Shown here: positions 1-9,297 of the stretch, piece after piece
Numbering within the stretch: position 1 is the first letter of the stretch
Layout: each line of letters begins with the position of its first letter
Assembly: GCA_049840735.1 (NCBI GenBank)
Contig: JASGJN010000022.1
Location: forward strand, 384,001 to 448,000
DNA length: 64,000 bases
From: Anaeromyxobacter sp.
Lineage (GTDB): Bacteria > Myxococcota > Myxococcia > Myxococcales > Anaeromyxobacteraceae
Direction of reading: 5' to 3'
The notes under the pieces: model-generated
What the model saw: only the letters and a program-made list of their open reading frames with translations
Told to the model about the DNA's origin: nothing
Database searches by the model: none
Translations under genes and position numbers: made by a program

Positions 1-1607
1 CCAAGGGGATCAAGATCATCCAGGACGTGGTCTACAACCACTCCAGCCGCTGGGGCGCCAAGGGGCTCTGGACCACCAAGGTCTACGGCGTGCGTGACTC
101 GCAGTGGAGCTGGTACTACGACCAGCCGGTGCCGGGCTTCGAGTACGACGGCCTGACCATCGAAAGCACCACCGGGAAGAGCTGGTACAACGGCGACCTG
201 TGGTCGACGGCCGAGCCGGCCGGGAACACCTGCGTGAACTGGGGCGTGGTCACGCAGTACTACAGCGCCGAGGGCTACCACATCTACAACTGCCAGTGGC
301 CCAACCCGACCTCCAAGATGTTCCCGTCGCAGTACTACCACCAGTGCTGGATCGGGAACTGGGAGGGTGAGGACTCGCGCAGCTGCTGGCTGCACGAGGA
401 CCTGGCCGACTTCAACACCGAGAGCGCGGCGGTGCAGCAGTACCTGATCGGCGCCTACAACAAGTTCGTGGACATGGGCGTGGACGGCTTCCGCGTGGAC
501 ACCGCGGTGCACATCCCGCGCGTCACCTGGAACCGCCGGCTGCTGCCGCCGCTCTACGCCCACGCGTCCTCGAAGTGGGGCACCAAGGGCCAGAACTTCT
601 TCGTGTTCGGCGAGGTGGCCGCCTTCGTGAACGACAAGTGGAACCGCGGCTCGGTCAACCACTCCGCCCAGTTCTTCACCTGGAAGGAGCGCAAGGAGTA
701 CACGCAGGACGACGTCCAGGCCGCGCTCGACCAGTTCAACTACGAGAACACGCTGGGCACGGGCGGCCAGCCCACCAGCACCAACGCCTTCCTGAGCGGG
801 AACGCGTACCACACGCCGGACCGCAGCCAGTTCTCGGGCATGAACATCATCGACATGCGCATGCACATGAACTTCTCGAGCGCCGGCAACGCGTTCGGGA
901 ACGGCATGGACTCGGACGACTCGACCAACGACGCCACCTACAACGTCGTCTACGTCGACTCGCACGACTACGGCCCCAACATGGCGAAGAACGCCTTCTC
1001 CGGCGGCACCGCGACGTGGGCGGAGAACATGAGCCTGATGTGGACGTTCCGCGGGATCCCGACGCTCTACATGGGCTCGGAGATCGAGTTCAAGGCGGGC
1101 GCCCAGATCGACTGCGGCCCGACCTGCCCGCTCTCCACCACGCGCCGCGCCTACTACGGCGACAACCTGGCCGGCGCCGTGACGGCCAGCGACTTCGGCG
1201 TGACCGGGAGCGCCACCGGCACCGTCGCCACCACGCTCAGCTACCCGCTGGTGAAGCACGTGCAGCGGCTCAACCAGATCCGCCGCCGCATCCCGGCGCT
1301 GCAGAAGGGCCAGTACTCCACCTCCGGCGTCAGCGGCAGCATCGCCTTCAAGCGCCGCTTCACCGACACGGCCAAGGGCGTGGACAGCTTCGTGCTGGTG
1401 ACCATCTCCGGCGGCGCCACGTTCAGCGGCATCCCCAACGGCACCTACAAGGACGCCGTCACCGGCGACGTGAAGGTGGTCTCCGGGGGCTCGCTGACCG
1501 CCAGCTGCAGCGGCCAGGGCAACCTGCGCGTCTACGTGCTCGACCTGGGCGGCGCCAACGCCGCGCCCGGGAAGATCGGCGCGGACGGGCCGTACCTGAA
1601 GCCGTGA
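1..1607 (+). CDS. GH13 alpha-amylase family glycoside hydrolase, 5'-truncated by the window edge
   Basis: Frame is open from base 3 (KGIKIIQDVVYNH). GH13 regions are intact: DVVYNH, DGFRVDTAVH (nucleophile Asp), FGEV (acid/base Glu), VDSHD. Confidence 0.92.
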   Translation, partial: KGIKIIQDVVYNHSSRWGAKGLWTTKVYGVRDSQWSWYYDQPVPGFEYDGLTIESTTGKSWYNGDLWSTAEPAGNTCVNWGVVTQYYSAEGYHIYNCQWPNPTSKMFPSQYYHQCWIGNWEGEDSRSCWLHEDLADFNTESAAVQQYLIGAYNKFVDMGVDGFRVDTAVHIPRVTWNRRLLPPLYAHASSKWGTKGQNFFVFGEVAAFVNDKWNRGSVNHSAQFFTWKERKEYTQDDVQAALDQFNYENTLGTGGQPTSTNAFLSGNAYHTPDRSQFSGMNIIDMRMHMNFSSAGNAFGNGMDSDDSTNDATYNVVYVDSHDYGPNMAKNAFSGGTATWAENMSLMWTFRGIPTLYMGSEIEFKAGAQIDCGPTCPLSTTRRAYYGDNLAGAVTASDFGVTGSATGTVATTLSYPLVKHVQRLNQIRRRIPALQKGQYSTSGVSGSIAFKRRFTDTAKGVDSFVLVTISGGATFSGIPNGTYKDAVTGDVKVVSGGSLTASCSGQGNLRVYVLDLGGANAAPGKIGADGPYLKP

Positions 1608-1617
1608 CGTGAGTGAC

Positions 1618-1649
1618 GGCCCGGGGCGGGCGCAGGCTCGCCCCGGGCC
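1618..1649 (+). terminator. GC-rich hairpin after the amylase stop codon (no U-tract)
   Basis: GGCCCGGGGCGGGC-GCAG-GCTCGCCCCGGGCC, a 14-bp stem with one G-U pair, 10 nt after the stop. Confidence 0.55.
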
Positions 1650-1799
1650 AGCAGGAAAGGTTCCGGTCCGGCGCTCAGGGTCACTCTCCCCAGCCACCCC
1701 TGGGCGCCGGGCCGGGGCCCCCTGTCACCGTCCCCGCGGTGATGGGGTGGGGCGCCCCGCGCCCGGCCGTGTCATGCTGCGCTCCCCCCCGGAGCCTGC

Positions 1800-1979
1800 A
1801 TGACCCCGCTCGCTGCCCTCTCGCTGTAGCTCGCCGCCGTGCCGGTCGCCGTCTCGACCGCCGCGCCGGCCAGCGCAGGAGGGGCCGCGGGAGGTCGCCG
1901 TGAGGCGCGGTCGGGTGCGGGCGCTGCTCCGGATGCGCAGGGCGCGGGCCCCGGGGGTCCGGCGGAAAGTGTAATGTAG
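1800..1979 (+). pseudogene. Possible remnant of a secreted-protein gene with an in-frame TAG in the signal peptide
   Basis: GGAG then ATG at 1800; reads MTPLAALSL*LAAVPVAVSTAAPASA..., TAG at 1827-1829, next stop 1977-1979. Confidence 0.3.
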
Positions 1980-1992
1980 AAGGACGCGACCC

Positions 1993-2754
1993 CTACCCGA
2001 TCGGCATGATCACCCACGTCGCCTCGGGGGGCAGGCCGGGCCAGCCACCGGGGGTCCAGCGGCAGGACTGGATGGCGCGCCAGACCTCGGCGGCGACCGA
2101 GGCGGGCACGCGCGGGGTGAGCATGGTGAAGCGGGACGGGGTGCCGTCCGCGCCCACCGCGAAGCGGACGCTGATCAGCGGGGAGCGCTCGGCGGGGAGG
2201 CGCTGCTGCTCGGCGGCCAGGGCCTGCTGCACGCAGCCGGGCGTGGTGGCGGGGCGGGTGTAGCCGGCGGCGGGGTAGCGCGGCTCGCCGGCGGCCGGGC
2301 TGAGGGTTCGGTCGCAGCTGCCGGCCACGAACCAGCCCAGGTCGAGGCAGGCCTCCAGCACCTGCGGCGACGCCTCGTCGCGCTCGTCCGAGCAGAGGCC
2401 GGCCGCCAGGGCCGCGCGGGCCTGGCACTGCGGGTGCTTCGACCAGTCGAGCCGCGCGGCGGCGGTGGCGCCGGGCGAGCTGCGCTCCACCAGGCCGCCG
2501 TCGGTCACCTCGAAGCAGTCCTGGAACCAGCTCACGCCCACGCGCGAGCAGACGCCCTGGCCGGCCGGGCCGGCGCCGGCGTCGCGGAAGGCGGCGCGGC
2601 AGGCCTCCACCAGCTGCTCCTGCTGCAGCGCGCAGCGCGCCCGGTCCTGCCGCTGCTGCTCCAGCGTCCGCGGCTCACCGCCCGCGCCCTGCGCCGCCGC
2701 CGCGCCGGCCAGCGCCGCCGCGGCCACGAGCCCCGCCACCCGCATCGCGCTCAT
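1993..2754 (-). CDS. Secreted Cys-rich protein with a TonB C-terminal-like domain
   Basis: Signal-like N-terminus (MSAMRVAGLVAAAALAGAAAAQ). C-terminus ISVRFAVGADG...WRAIQSCRWTPG...WVIMPI fits the TonB_C pattern. Confidence 0.6.
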   Translation of the reverse strand: MSAMRVAGLVAAAALAGAAAAQGAGGEPRTLEQQRQDRARCALQQEQLVEACRAAFRDAGAGPAGQGVCSRVGVSWFQDCFEVTDGGLVERSSPGATAAARLDWSKHPQCQARAALAAGLCSDERDEASPQVLEACLDLGWFVAGSCDRTLSPAAGEPRYPAAGYTRPATTPGCVQQALAAEQQRLPAERSPLISVRFAVGADGTPSRFTMLTPRVPASVAAEVWRAIQSCRWTPGGWPGLPPEATWVIMPIG

Positions 2755-2776
2755 GGCACGCGAGCCTAGCACGCCT

Positions 2777-4351
2777 TCAGCGCGTGACCGCGCCGCCGGC
2801 CAGCGCCGCCTCGACGGTGTCGGGGTCGGCCGGCAGGCCGGCGGTGAGGGGCTCGCAGCCGGTCGCGGTCACCAGCAGCGTGTCCTCGATCCGGATCCCC
2901 AGCTGCTCGCCGTCGTAGAAGCCGGGCTCGATGGTGATGACCATGCCCGGCTCGAGCGGGCCGTCGGGCAGCGGGTCGTGCACCGAGAGCCCCACGCCGT
3001 GGCCGAGCCCGTGGACCAGCGCCTGCCCGGTGCGGCGCAGCAGCTCGGCGCTGGCCTCGGCGTACAGCGAGTCCCCCTGCCGCCCGCCCAGCCGCACGCC
3101 GGGCCTGCAGCCGGCGATCGCCAGCTGCTGCGCGTCCAGCACGGCCTGGTAGAGCCGGCGCTGCTCGGCGGTGAAGCGGCCGCCCACCGGGAAGGTGCGG
3201 GTGAAGTCGGAGGTGTAGCCGTCCGGCGTGCGGCAGCCGACGTCGAGCACCAGCAGCTCGCCGTCGCCGAGCGGCCCCGGCTGGCCCAGCCCGTGGGGCG
3301 AGGCGGCGGCGCGGCCGGAGAGCACCAGCGGATTGAAGGCCAGCCCGGGGCAGCCCTCGGCGCGCCAGGCGCCCTCCAGCGCGGCGCTCACCTGCGTGGG
3401 CGTGGCGCCGGCCCGGAGCAGCGGGAGCACGGCCCGCACGCCGCCCACGGTGGCGCGCGCGGCCAGCCGCAGCGAGGCCAGCTCGGCCGGCGACTTGATG
3501 GCCCGCAGCCGGGTGAGGGGCGCGTGCAGCGAGAGGCGCAGCCCGCTGCCGTCGCCCGGCAGCACCTGCGGCCAGAGCGAGGTGCGGCCCGTCAGCCAGC
3601 GCGCCTCGTACCCGCCGGCCCCGGCGCCGCGGTCGCCGGAGAGGCCCAGCAGCACGTCCTCCGGCGCGGGCCAGACGAGGCCGCCCCCGGGCGCGGCGGC
3701 GGCCAGCTGCGCGCGGCGGCCGGCCCACGGCTCCTCCGCCGGGGCCGGCAGCGCCGGCAGCAGGCGCGGCAGCGCGACCACCAGCCCGGCCGCGGCCAGG
3801 CCGGCCGCGGCGCCCAGCCCCAGCGCGGCGCGCGCCCGGAGCGGCTCGAGCCCCACCGGCCGCCACAGGCGCAGCGACACGAAGAGCAGCAGCCCGGCCG
3901 CGCCCAGCCGCAGGAGCCAGCCGTCCAGCGCCGGCACCCCGGCCCCGAGCAGCAGCGCCCCCACGCAGGCGCCCAGCGCGTGCCAGCCGATGCGGGCCGG
4001 GCGGGCCAGCACCACCGCCGCGATCAGCGCCAGCAGCGCGGCGCCGGCGGCCAGCCAGCGGTGCTCGAGCGGGCTCACGCCCAGCAGCGCGAAGAGCGCC
4101 GGCCACAGGCCCAGGAAGAGCGCCAGCCGCGGCAGCGCGCCCACCAGCAGCGCGGCGAGCCCCACCGCCAGGCCGGCCTGCGCCGCGGCGTGCCAGACCA
4201 GCGCCCCGGCCACCCCGGCCCGGAGCGCGGCCACCAGGAGCGCCAGCAGCGCCGAGGCCAGGAGCAGCGCGGCGCGGCCGCCGCGCGGCAGGAGCACGCC
4301 CACGGCCAGGCCGGAGAGGGCCAGCGCAGGGCTGAGGTCGTCCAGGATCAT
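2777..4351 (-). CDS. M24 (Xaa-Pro aminopeptidase-like) metallopeptidase with a multi-pass hydrophobic N-terminus
   Basis: All five M24 ligand motifs: LDVG, SDFTRT, HGLGHGVG, TIEPG, RIED. ATG 4351 chosen because the longer ORF merely reads through a palindromic repeat. Confidence 0.85.
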   Translation of the reverse strand: MILDDLSPALALSGLAVGVLLPRGGRAALLLASALLALLVAALRAGVAGALVWHAAAQAGLAVGLAALLVGALPRLALFLGLWPALFALLGVSPLEHRWLAAGAALLALIAAVVLARPARIGWHALGACVGALLLGAGVPALDGWLLRLGAAGLLLFVSLRLWRPVGLEPLRARAALGLGAAAGLAAAGLVVALPRLLPALPAPAEEPWAGRRAQLAAAAPGGGLVWPAPEDVLLGLSGDRGAGAGGYEARWLTGRTSLWPQVLPGDGSGLRLSLHAPLTRLRAIKSPAELASLRLAARATVGGVRAVLPLLRAGATPTQVSAALEGAWRAEGCPGLAFNPLVLSGRAAASPHGLGQPGPLGDGELLVLDVGCRTPDGYTSDFTRTFPVGGRFTAEQRRLYQAVLDAQQLAIAGCRPGVRLGGRQGDSLYAEASAELLRRTGQALVHGLGHGVGLSVHDPLPDGPLEPGMVITIEPGFYDGEQLGIRIEDTLLVTATGCEPLTAGLPADPDTVEAALAGGAVTR

Positions 4352-4397
4352 CGCGCGCCTTGGGCCGGCCGCGGGCCGGCGGTGCTCGGGGGACTGA

Positions 4398-4465
4398 CGC
4401 TCGCCCTGGGCTCGTCGAAGGGCGAACGGGTCCCGTTCGTGGTTCGACAGGCTCACCACGAACGG
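4398..4465. repeat. REP/BIME-like pair of inverted palindromic units (copy A)
   Basis: Unit 1 (4398-4428) TCGCCC-TGGGCTCGTCGAA-GGGCGA; unit 2 (4433-4465) CCGTTCGTGG-TTCGACAGGCTCA-CCACGAACGG, a perfect 10-bp stem with the core in the opposite orientation. Confidence 0.8.
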
Positions 4466-4540
4466 TTGGGACCGCAGTCTCGCGCCCCGCGACCAGGCCG
4501 GCAAGCAATCCGCGCCCGCGCCGCCGCCGGTGTCCCCGTT

Positions 4541-6583
4541 CTACCCGCCGTCCGGCCCGGTCCGCTTCCAGATGGTGCCGCACCACAGGCACACCCAGCG
4601 CCGCTCCTCGCTGGCGCCCCGCGCGGTGATGTGGGCCTCGAAGCGCGAGCCGTCGGTGCGCCCGCAGGCGGGGCAGCGCTGGTCGGCGGGGGCAGCCGGC
4701 CCCGGGTCGCGGGGGGGCCGGCCGCGCCGCGGCGGGTCCTGGGCCAGCCAGATGGTGCCGCCCTGGGGCAGCTCGGGCAGCGGCAGCATCCCGCCGCGCA
4801 CCACCGCGGTGCGCCCGGAGAAGTGCTCGGTGAAGCGCGTGCCGTTGGCGATCCCGCCCGCCTCCACCGGCAGCGCGCGGGCCGGCCGCGGGCGCTCGCC
4901 GCGGTGGCCCACCACCACCGCGCGCCCGGCGCGCCCCTCGCGCTGGTAGATGAGCGTGTCCGGCTCCACCGCCAGCGTCTGGTAGCCGCCCTCGCGCAGC
5001 GGCTCGCAGCCGCGCCGCAGCGCGATCAGGCTCCGGTAGAAGGCCAGCAGCCGCTGGTCCCAGCGCGTCCGGTCCCAGACCATGCAGCCGCGCTGCTCCA
5101 GCGCCGGGTCGTCCTCCAGCCCGACCTCGTCGCCGTAGTAGACGACCGGGACGCCCGGGTAGGTGAACTGGATCACCGCCGCCAGCCGGTGCAGCGCGTC
5201 GTTGCCGCCCACCACCGTGCGGATGCGCTGGAAGTCGTTGCCGTCCACCATGCGCAGGCCGTGCAGCACGCTGGGCCAGGGCACCACCGCCCGCGCCGCC
5301 TGCCAGGCCGCGTCGAGCGCCTCGGTGGACATGGGGCCGCCGGTGACGTCGTGCACGTCGCGCTGGTGCTCCTCGTAGCCGCGCAGCCAGTGCCAGAGCG
5401 GGAAGGCGAAGGCGCCGTGCTCGGCGGCGGCGTCGAGCTGGTCGCCCTGCAGCACCGCGGAGATGTCCACCAGGCTGCGGCTGGTGAGGCAGGCGTCCGG
5501 CCGCGCCTCGCGCACCGCCTGCCGCGCCAGCCGGAGCAGCTCGCCGGCGCTGCCGGGCCGGTCGGGCTCGGAGAAGTGGAAGGTCCAGCCGTCGGCGCCC
5601 CAGGGCGGCCGCAGCCAGCGGCGCAGCACGGCGTCCTCGCCGGTGATCATGCGCCGGAGCAGCTCGGGATGGCGGTGGTCCAGCCGGCGCTGGGCGGCCA
5701 GCCCCAGCCAGCGCGCGTGGTCACCCTGGGCCACCGGCAGGAAGAAGCCGGCCTCCTCCGAGGCGGGGTCGGCCAGCGCGGTCCGGAACCAGGGGTGGGC
5801 GGCGCTCACCTGGTGGAAGTCCAGCTCCAGCAGGTAGCGCAGGCCGCGCGCGGTGAGCGCCTCGCGCAGGCGGGCCAGCGCGGAGTTGCCGCCCAGCCGC
5901 GGATCGACGTGCTGGTGGTCGGCGGTGTCGTAGCGGTGGCTGGAGGGCGAGGTGAAGATGGGCGTCAGCGCCAGCACGTCCACGCCCAGGTCGGCCAGGT
6001 GGTCGAGCCGCTGCGCCAGGCCGTCGAGGTCGCCGCCGTAGAAGGCCAGCGGGAAGGGCTGCCCGGGGGCGGGCGGCTCGCCCCATGCGAACAGCCGGGC
6101 CTCGCCGCCGTGCGGGTTCTCGCCGGGCGGGCCGGCGGCCTCGCGGTGGTCGCCGCTGGTGGCGAAGCGGTCCACCACCACCTGGTAGACCACCGCGGCG
6201 GAGAGCCACGCCGGCGGCGCGTCCTCCGCCACCAGCCGGAAGTTGGAGTGGTCGGGCGGGCTGTAGGGGAGGGCGCCGGCGGCGGAGTAGGACCAGACGC
6301 CGTCGTCGCTCTCCACCACGAACCGGTAGGGCATGAGCGCGCTGCGCACCGGCAGCGAGGCCTCGAACCAGCGCGAGGGCGGCTTGGCCGGCCCGGTGGC
6401 CATGGGCGTGAACACCTGCCACCCGTCCACCACCGTCCGCACGAACACCCGCCGCACCGGCGCGCCCGCGCCCATGCGCAGCCGCAGCGTGACGGTGTCG
6501 CCCAGCCGCGGCTGGGCGCTGGAGACGTACCTGGGCGAGCCGTCGTGGTGGATGGTGCCCAGCCAGGCGGGGGCCGTCCGCAT
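4541..6583 (-). CDS. Maltodextrin glucosidase/neopullulanase-like GH13 protein with degenerate catalytic motifs and a C-terminal zinc ribbon
   Basis: MalZ-like architecture (N-terminal Ig-like domain, YQVVVDRF, FYGGDLDG, LTPIF..SSHRYDT, PGVPVVYYGDEVG). Catalytic regions read DGWTFHFSE and LTSRSLVD. C-terminal CPAC...CLWC. Confidence 0.85.
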   Translation of the reverse strand: MRTAPAWLGTIHHDGSPRYVSSAQPRLGDTVTLRLRMGAGAPVRRVFVRTVVDGWQVFTPMATGPAKPPSRWFEASLPVRSALMPYRFVVESDDGVWSYSAAGALPYSPPDHSNFRLVAEDAPPAWLSAAVVYQVVVDRFATSGDHREAAGPPGENPHGGEARLFAWGEPPAPGQPFPLAFYGGDLDGLAQRLDHLADLGVDVLALTPIFTSPSSHRYDTADHQHVDPRLGGNSALARLREALTARGLRYLLELDFHQVSAAHPWFRTALADPASEEAGFFLPVAQGDHARWLGLAAQRRLDHRHPELLRRMITGEDAVLRRWLRPPWGADGWTFHFSEPDRPGSAGELLRLARQAVREARPDACLTSRSLVDISAVLQGDQLDAAAEHGAFAFPLWHWLRGYEEHQRDVHDVTGGPMSTEALDAAWQAARAVVPWPSVLHGLRMVDGNDFQRIRTVVGGNDALHRLAAVIQFTYPGVPVVYYGDEVGLEDDPALEQRGCMVWDRTRWDQRLLAFYRSLIALRRGCEPLREGGYQTLAVEPDTLIYQREGRAGRAVVVGHRGERPRPARALPVEAGGIANGTRFTEHFSGRTAVVRGGMLPLPELPQGGTIWLAQDPPRRGRPPRDPGPAAPADQRCPACGRTDGSRFEAHITARGASEERRWVCLWCGTIWKRTGPDGG

Positions 6584-6586
6584 GCC

Positions 6587-7168
6587 TCAGCTCCGCCGCG
6601 CCAGCAGCTCGGAGAGCGCCTTGATGGGCCCGACGTCGGCGCGCGCCGAGTCCACCAGCACCTTGAGCACGCCCACGGCGGCACGGCACAGGTCGGCCAG
6701 CACCTCCAGGCGCCGCGCCTTGAAGCGGGCCAGCGCCTTCACCTCGGGATCGACGTCGGCCAGGGCGGCGCGGATCTGCTGCAGCGCGCCCTCGAAGGCC
6801 TCCAGGGCGCGCTCCACCGCCGCCTTCTCGCGCTCGCGCAGCACCCGCGTGACGAGCCGCCAGACGTTGGTCTCGGCCTCGTAGTGCTCCTTGCGATCGC
6901 CGGGGATGGTGACGCTGCGGACCACGCCCCAGTGGCGCAGCTCGGCCAGGCTCATGGAGAGCAGGCCGGTGGAGATGGCGAGGCGGTCGCACAGCTCCGG
7001 CGCGGCCAGCGGCCGGTCGGAGAGGAACAGCACCCCCCAGATCCGCCCCAGCTGCCGGCGGAAGCCCCACAGCTCCATCAGCGCCCCGACGGCCTCGGCC
7101 ACGGCCAGGTCGGCCTGCTGCAGGGCGTGGGAGCTGGGGCCGGGGCTGGCGGGCGTGACCTCGGGCAT
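6587..7168 (-). CDS. GbsR/MarR-family winged-helix transcriptional regulator
   Basis: WGFRRQLGRIWGVLFLSDRPL...ELCDRLAISTGLLSMSLAEL..WGVV...GDRKEHYEAE matches the GbsR-type pattern. Confidence 0.85.
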   Translation of the reverse strand: MPEVTPASPGPSSHALQQADLAVAEAVGALMELWGFRRQLGRIWGVLFLSDRPLAAPELCDRLAISTGLLSMSLAELRHWGVVRSVTIPGDRKEHYEAETNVWRLVTRVLREREKAAVERALEAFEGALQQIRAALADVDPEVKALARFKARRLEVLADLCRAAVGVLKVLVDSARADVGPIKALSELLARRS

Positions 7169-7174
7169 GGGTCC

Positions 7175-8035
7175 TCAGGCCAGGGCCAGGTCCACCAGGG
7201 CGCAGGCCGCGAACGCCACCGAGGCGAAGGCGTTGTAGTTGAAGAAGGCGACGTTGATCCGCTCGGGCCGCAGCCCGCCGCGCGGGGCCACGTAGGCGTG
7301 CTCGGCGGCGATCACCGCCGCCAGGATGGCGGTCCCCACCGCCCAGCCCGGCCCGCGCCCGGCCAGCGCGCCGGCGGCGGCGATGGCGCCCACCGCCAGC
7401 ACGTGCAGCCCGCGCGCCCACCAGAGCGCGCCGGCCACGCCGAAGCGGGCCGGGATGGAGCTCAGCCCCTCGCCGCGGTCGAACTCGGCGTCCTGCAGGG
7501 CGTAGAAGACGTCGAAGCCGGCGATCCAGGCGCCCACGCCCAGCCCCAGCACCACCGAGGCCAGCGGCGCGCCGCCGGTCAGCGCGATGGCCACGCCCAC
7601 CGGCGCCAGCGCCTGCGCCACGCCCAGCCACAGGTGGCAGGCCCAGGTGAACCGCTTGGCGAAGGAGTAGCCGAGCAGGATGGCCAGCACCGGCGGCGCC
7701 AGCACGCCGCAGATCCAGGAGAGGCCGAACGCGGCGGCGGTGAAGACCGCGCCGCTCCCCAGCAGGAGCGCCCAGGCGGCGGCGGGCGAGACCTCGCCGG
7801 TCACCAGCTCGCGCCTCATGGTGCGCGGGTTCTTCGCGTCGAAGCGGCGGTCGGCGATGCGGTTCATGGCCATGGCGGCGGTGCGGGCCGCCACCACCGC
7901 CAGCGCCACCAGCGCCAGCCGCACCGGGTCGAGCCGGGCCGACCGCGCCACCAGCGCCACCGCCGCCGCCACGAAGGGCAGCGCGAACAGCGAGTGGGAG
8001 AGCTTCACCATCCGCGCCAGGGCCGCCACCGTCAC
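7175..8035 (-). CDS. mqnP: UbiA-family prenyltransferase of the futalosine pathway
   Basis: KLSHSLFALPF, ARTAAMAMNRIADRRFDAKNPRT..RE, YSFAKRFT, GFDVFYALQDAEFD; lies in the mqn operon. Confidence 0.9.
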   Translation of the reverse strand: MTVAALARMVKLSHSLFALPFVAAAVALVARSARLDPVRLALVALAVVAARTAAMAMNRIADRRFDAKNPRTMRRELVTGEVSPAAAWALLLGSGAVFTAAAFGLSWICGVLAPPVLAILLGYSFAKRFTWACHLWLGVAQALAPVGVAIALTGGAPLASVVLGLGVGAWIAGFDVFYALQDAEFDRGEGLSSIPARFGVAGALWWARGLHVLAVGAIAAAGALAGRGPGWAVGTAILAAVIAAEHAYVAPRGGLRPERINVAFFNYNAFASVAFAACALVDLALA

Positions 8036-9297
8036 GCCACCACCTCCGCGCCGGGGCGCTGCCGCGCCACCCAGTCGAACGGGCGCTCCTCGGCGCCGTG
8101 CGCCAGGACCAGGTACTCGAAGGGATCGACGTCCAGCATGGAGAGCTGGAGCGCCAGCATCCCGCGCAGCGGCGCGGCCAGCAGCCCGGGGGCGCGCCCC
8201 GGCGCCAGCCGCCCCACGTGCGGGGCGCCCACCGCGGCGCCGTTCCAGGCCAGCGGCATGAGCCGCGAGGACGGCACCTCCGGGAAGGCCTTGTGCAGCG
8301 CGGCCAGCTCGGAGAGCGGCGCCAGCGAGGGCGACGAGGCCAGCGAGTCGGTGCCCACCGCCAGCGGCACCCCGGCGTCGAGCAGCTGCGGCAGCGGCGG
8401 GAGCCTGCCGCCGATGTGCAGGTTGGAGCGCGGGCAGAGCACGGCGGTGGCGCCGGAGGCGGCCAGGGCCGCCACGTCCTCGGCGTCCAGGTCCACGCAG
8501 TGGACCGCCAGGTGCTGCGGGCGCAGGTGCGGGGCCACCAGCGCCACCGCGGAGCGGCCGCGCGGGCGGATGGCCTCCAGGTCCACGCCCAGCGCCCGGA
8601 ACATGCGGGCGAAGTCGCCCGATCCGTCGGCGCAGAGCTGGCGCTCGGCCGGATCCTCGGCCAGGTGGATCGAGCCGGGGCCGGCGTCCAGCAGCGCGGC
8701 GATGGCGTCGAGCGGGGTGGAGTAGATGGCGTGGGGCGTGCGGACCACGCGCAGGCCGGCCGGCGGCGGGCCGTGGCGGGCCAGGGCGGCGTCGGCGGCC
8801 GACAGCGCCGCGGCCAGCCGCTCGGGGGCGAGGCCGAAGACCTCGTGGAAGACGGTGCCGGCCAGGCCGTGGGCGGCCAGCACCGGGAGCGGGTCGAGCG
8901 AGTTGGAGACGTCGCCGATGGCCGCCACGCCGTGGAGGACCATGTCCTCGACGGCCATGGCGCAGGCCAGCGCCGGCGCCTCGGCGGCCGCCGCCCGGGC
9001 GCGGGCGGACACGAAGAGCTGGATCCAGGAGGGCAGCCCGCTCCCGCCCGGCACGCGGCCGGAGAGGTGCGAGACCTCGAGGTGCAGGTGGGCGTTGACC
9101 AGCGCCGGCAGCAGCACGGCGTCGATCCGGTCGCCCGCCCCGTAGCGCGGCTCGATCAGCGGGCGCGGGCCCACCGCCACCACGGTGTCCCCCTCCAGCA
9201 CCACCGCCCCGTCGGCGATGGGCTCGGCGGCCAGGCCGGAGGGACCCTCGGCCAGCCCCGGGAGCACCCAGGGCGCGCTGACGACTCGGACGGTCAC
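8032..9297 (-). CDS. Amidohydrolase, probable aminofutalosine deaminase
   Basis: NAHLHLE, TPHAIYS, HLAED, AVHCV and GTDS metal motifs. GTG start overlaps the upstream TGA. Substrate inferred from context. Confidence 0.8.
   Translation of the reverse strand: MTVRVVSAPWVLPGLAEGPSGLAAEPIADGAVVLEGDTVVAVGPRPLIEPRYGAGDRIDAVLLPALVNAHLHLEVSHLSGRVPGGSGLPSWIQLFVSARARAAAAEAPALACAMAVEDMVLHGVAAIGDVSNSLDPLPVLAAHGLAGTVFHEVFGLAPERLAAALSAADAALARHGPPPAGLRVVRTPHAIYSTPLDAIAALLDAGPGSIHLAEDPAERQLCADGSGDFARMFRALGVDLEAIRPRGRSAVALVAPHLRPQHLAVHCVDLDAEDVAALAASGATAVLCPRSNLHIGGRLPPLPQLLDAGVPLAVGTDSLASSPSLAPLSELAALHKAFPEVPSSRLMPLAWNGAAVGAPHVGRLAPGRAPGLLAAPLRGMLALQLSMLDVDPFEYLVLAHGAEERPFDWVARQRPGAEVVA

Noticed and set aside
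2465..8725. Long plus-strand ORFs (also 9366-12512, 42421-45537, 46843-54714)
   Set aside because: Antisense shadows of well-supported minus-strand genes, expected at this GC content.
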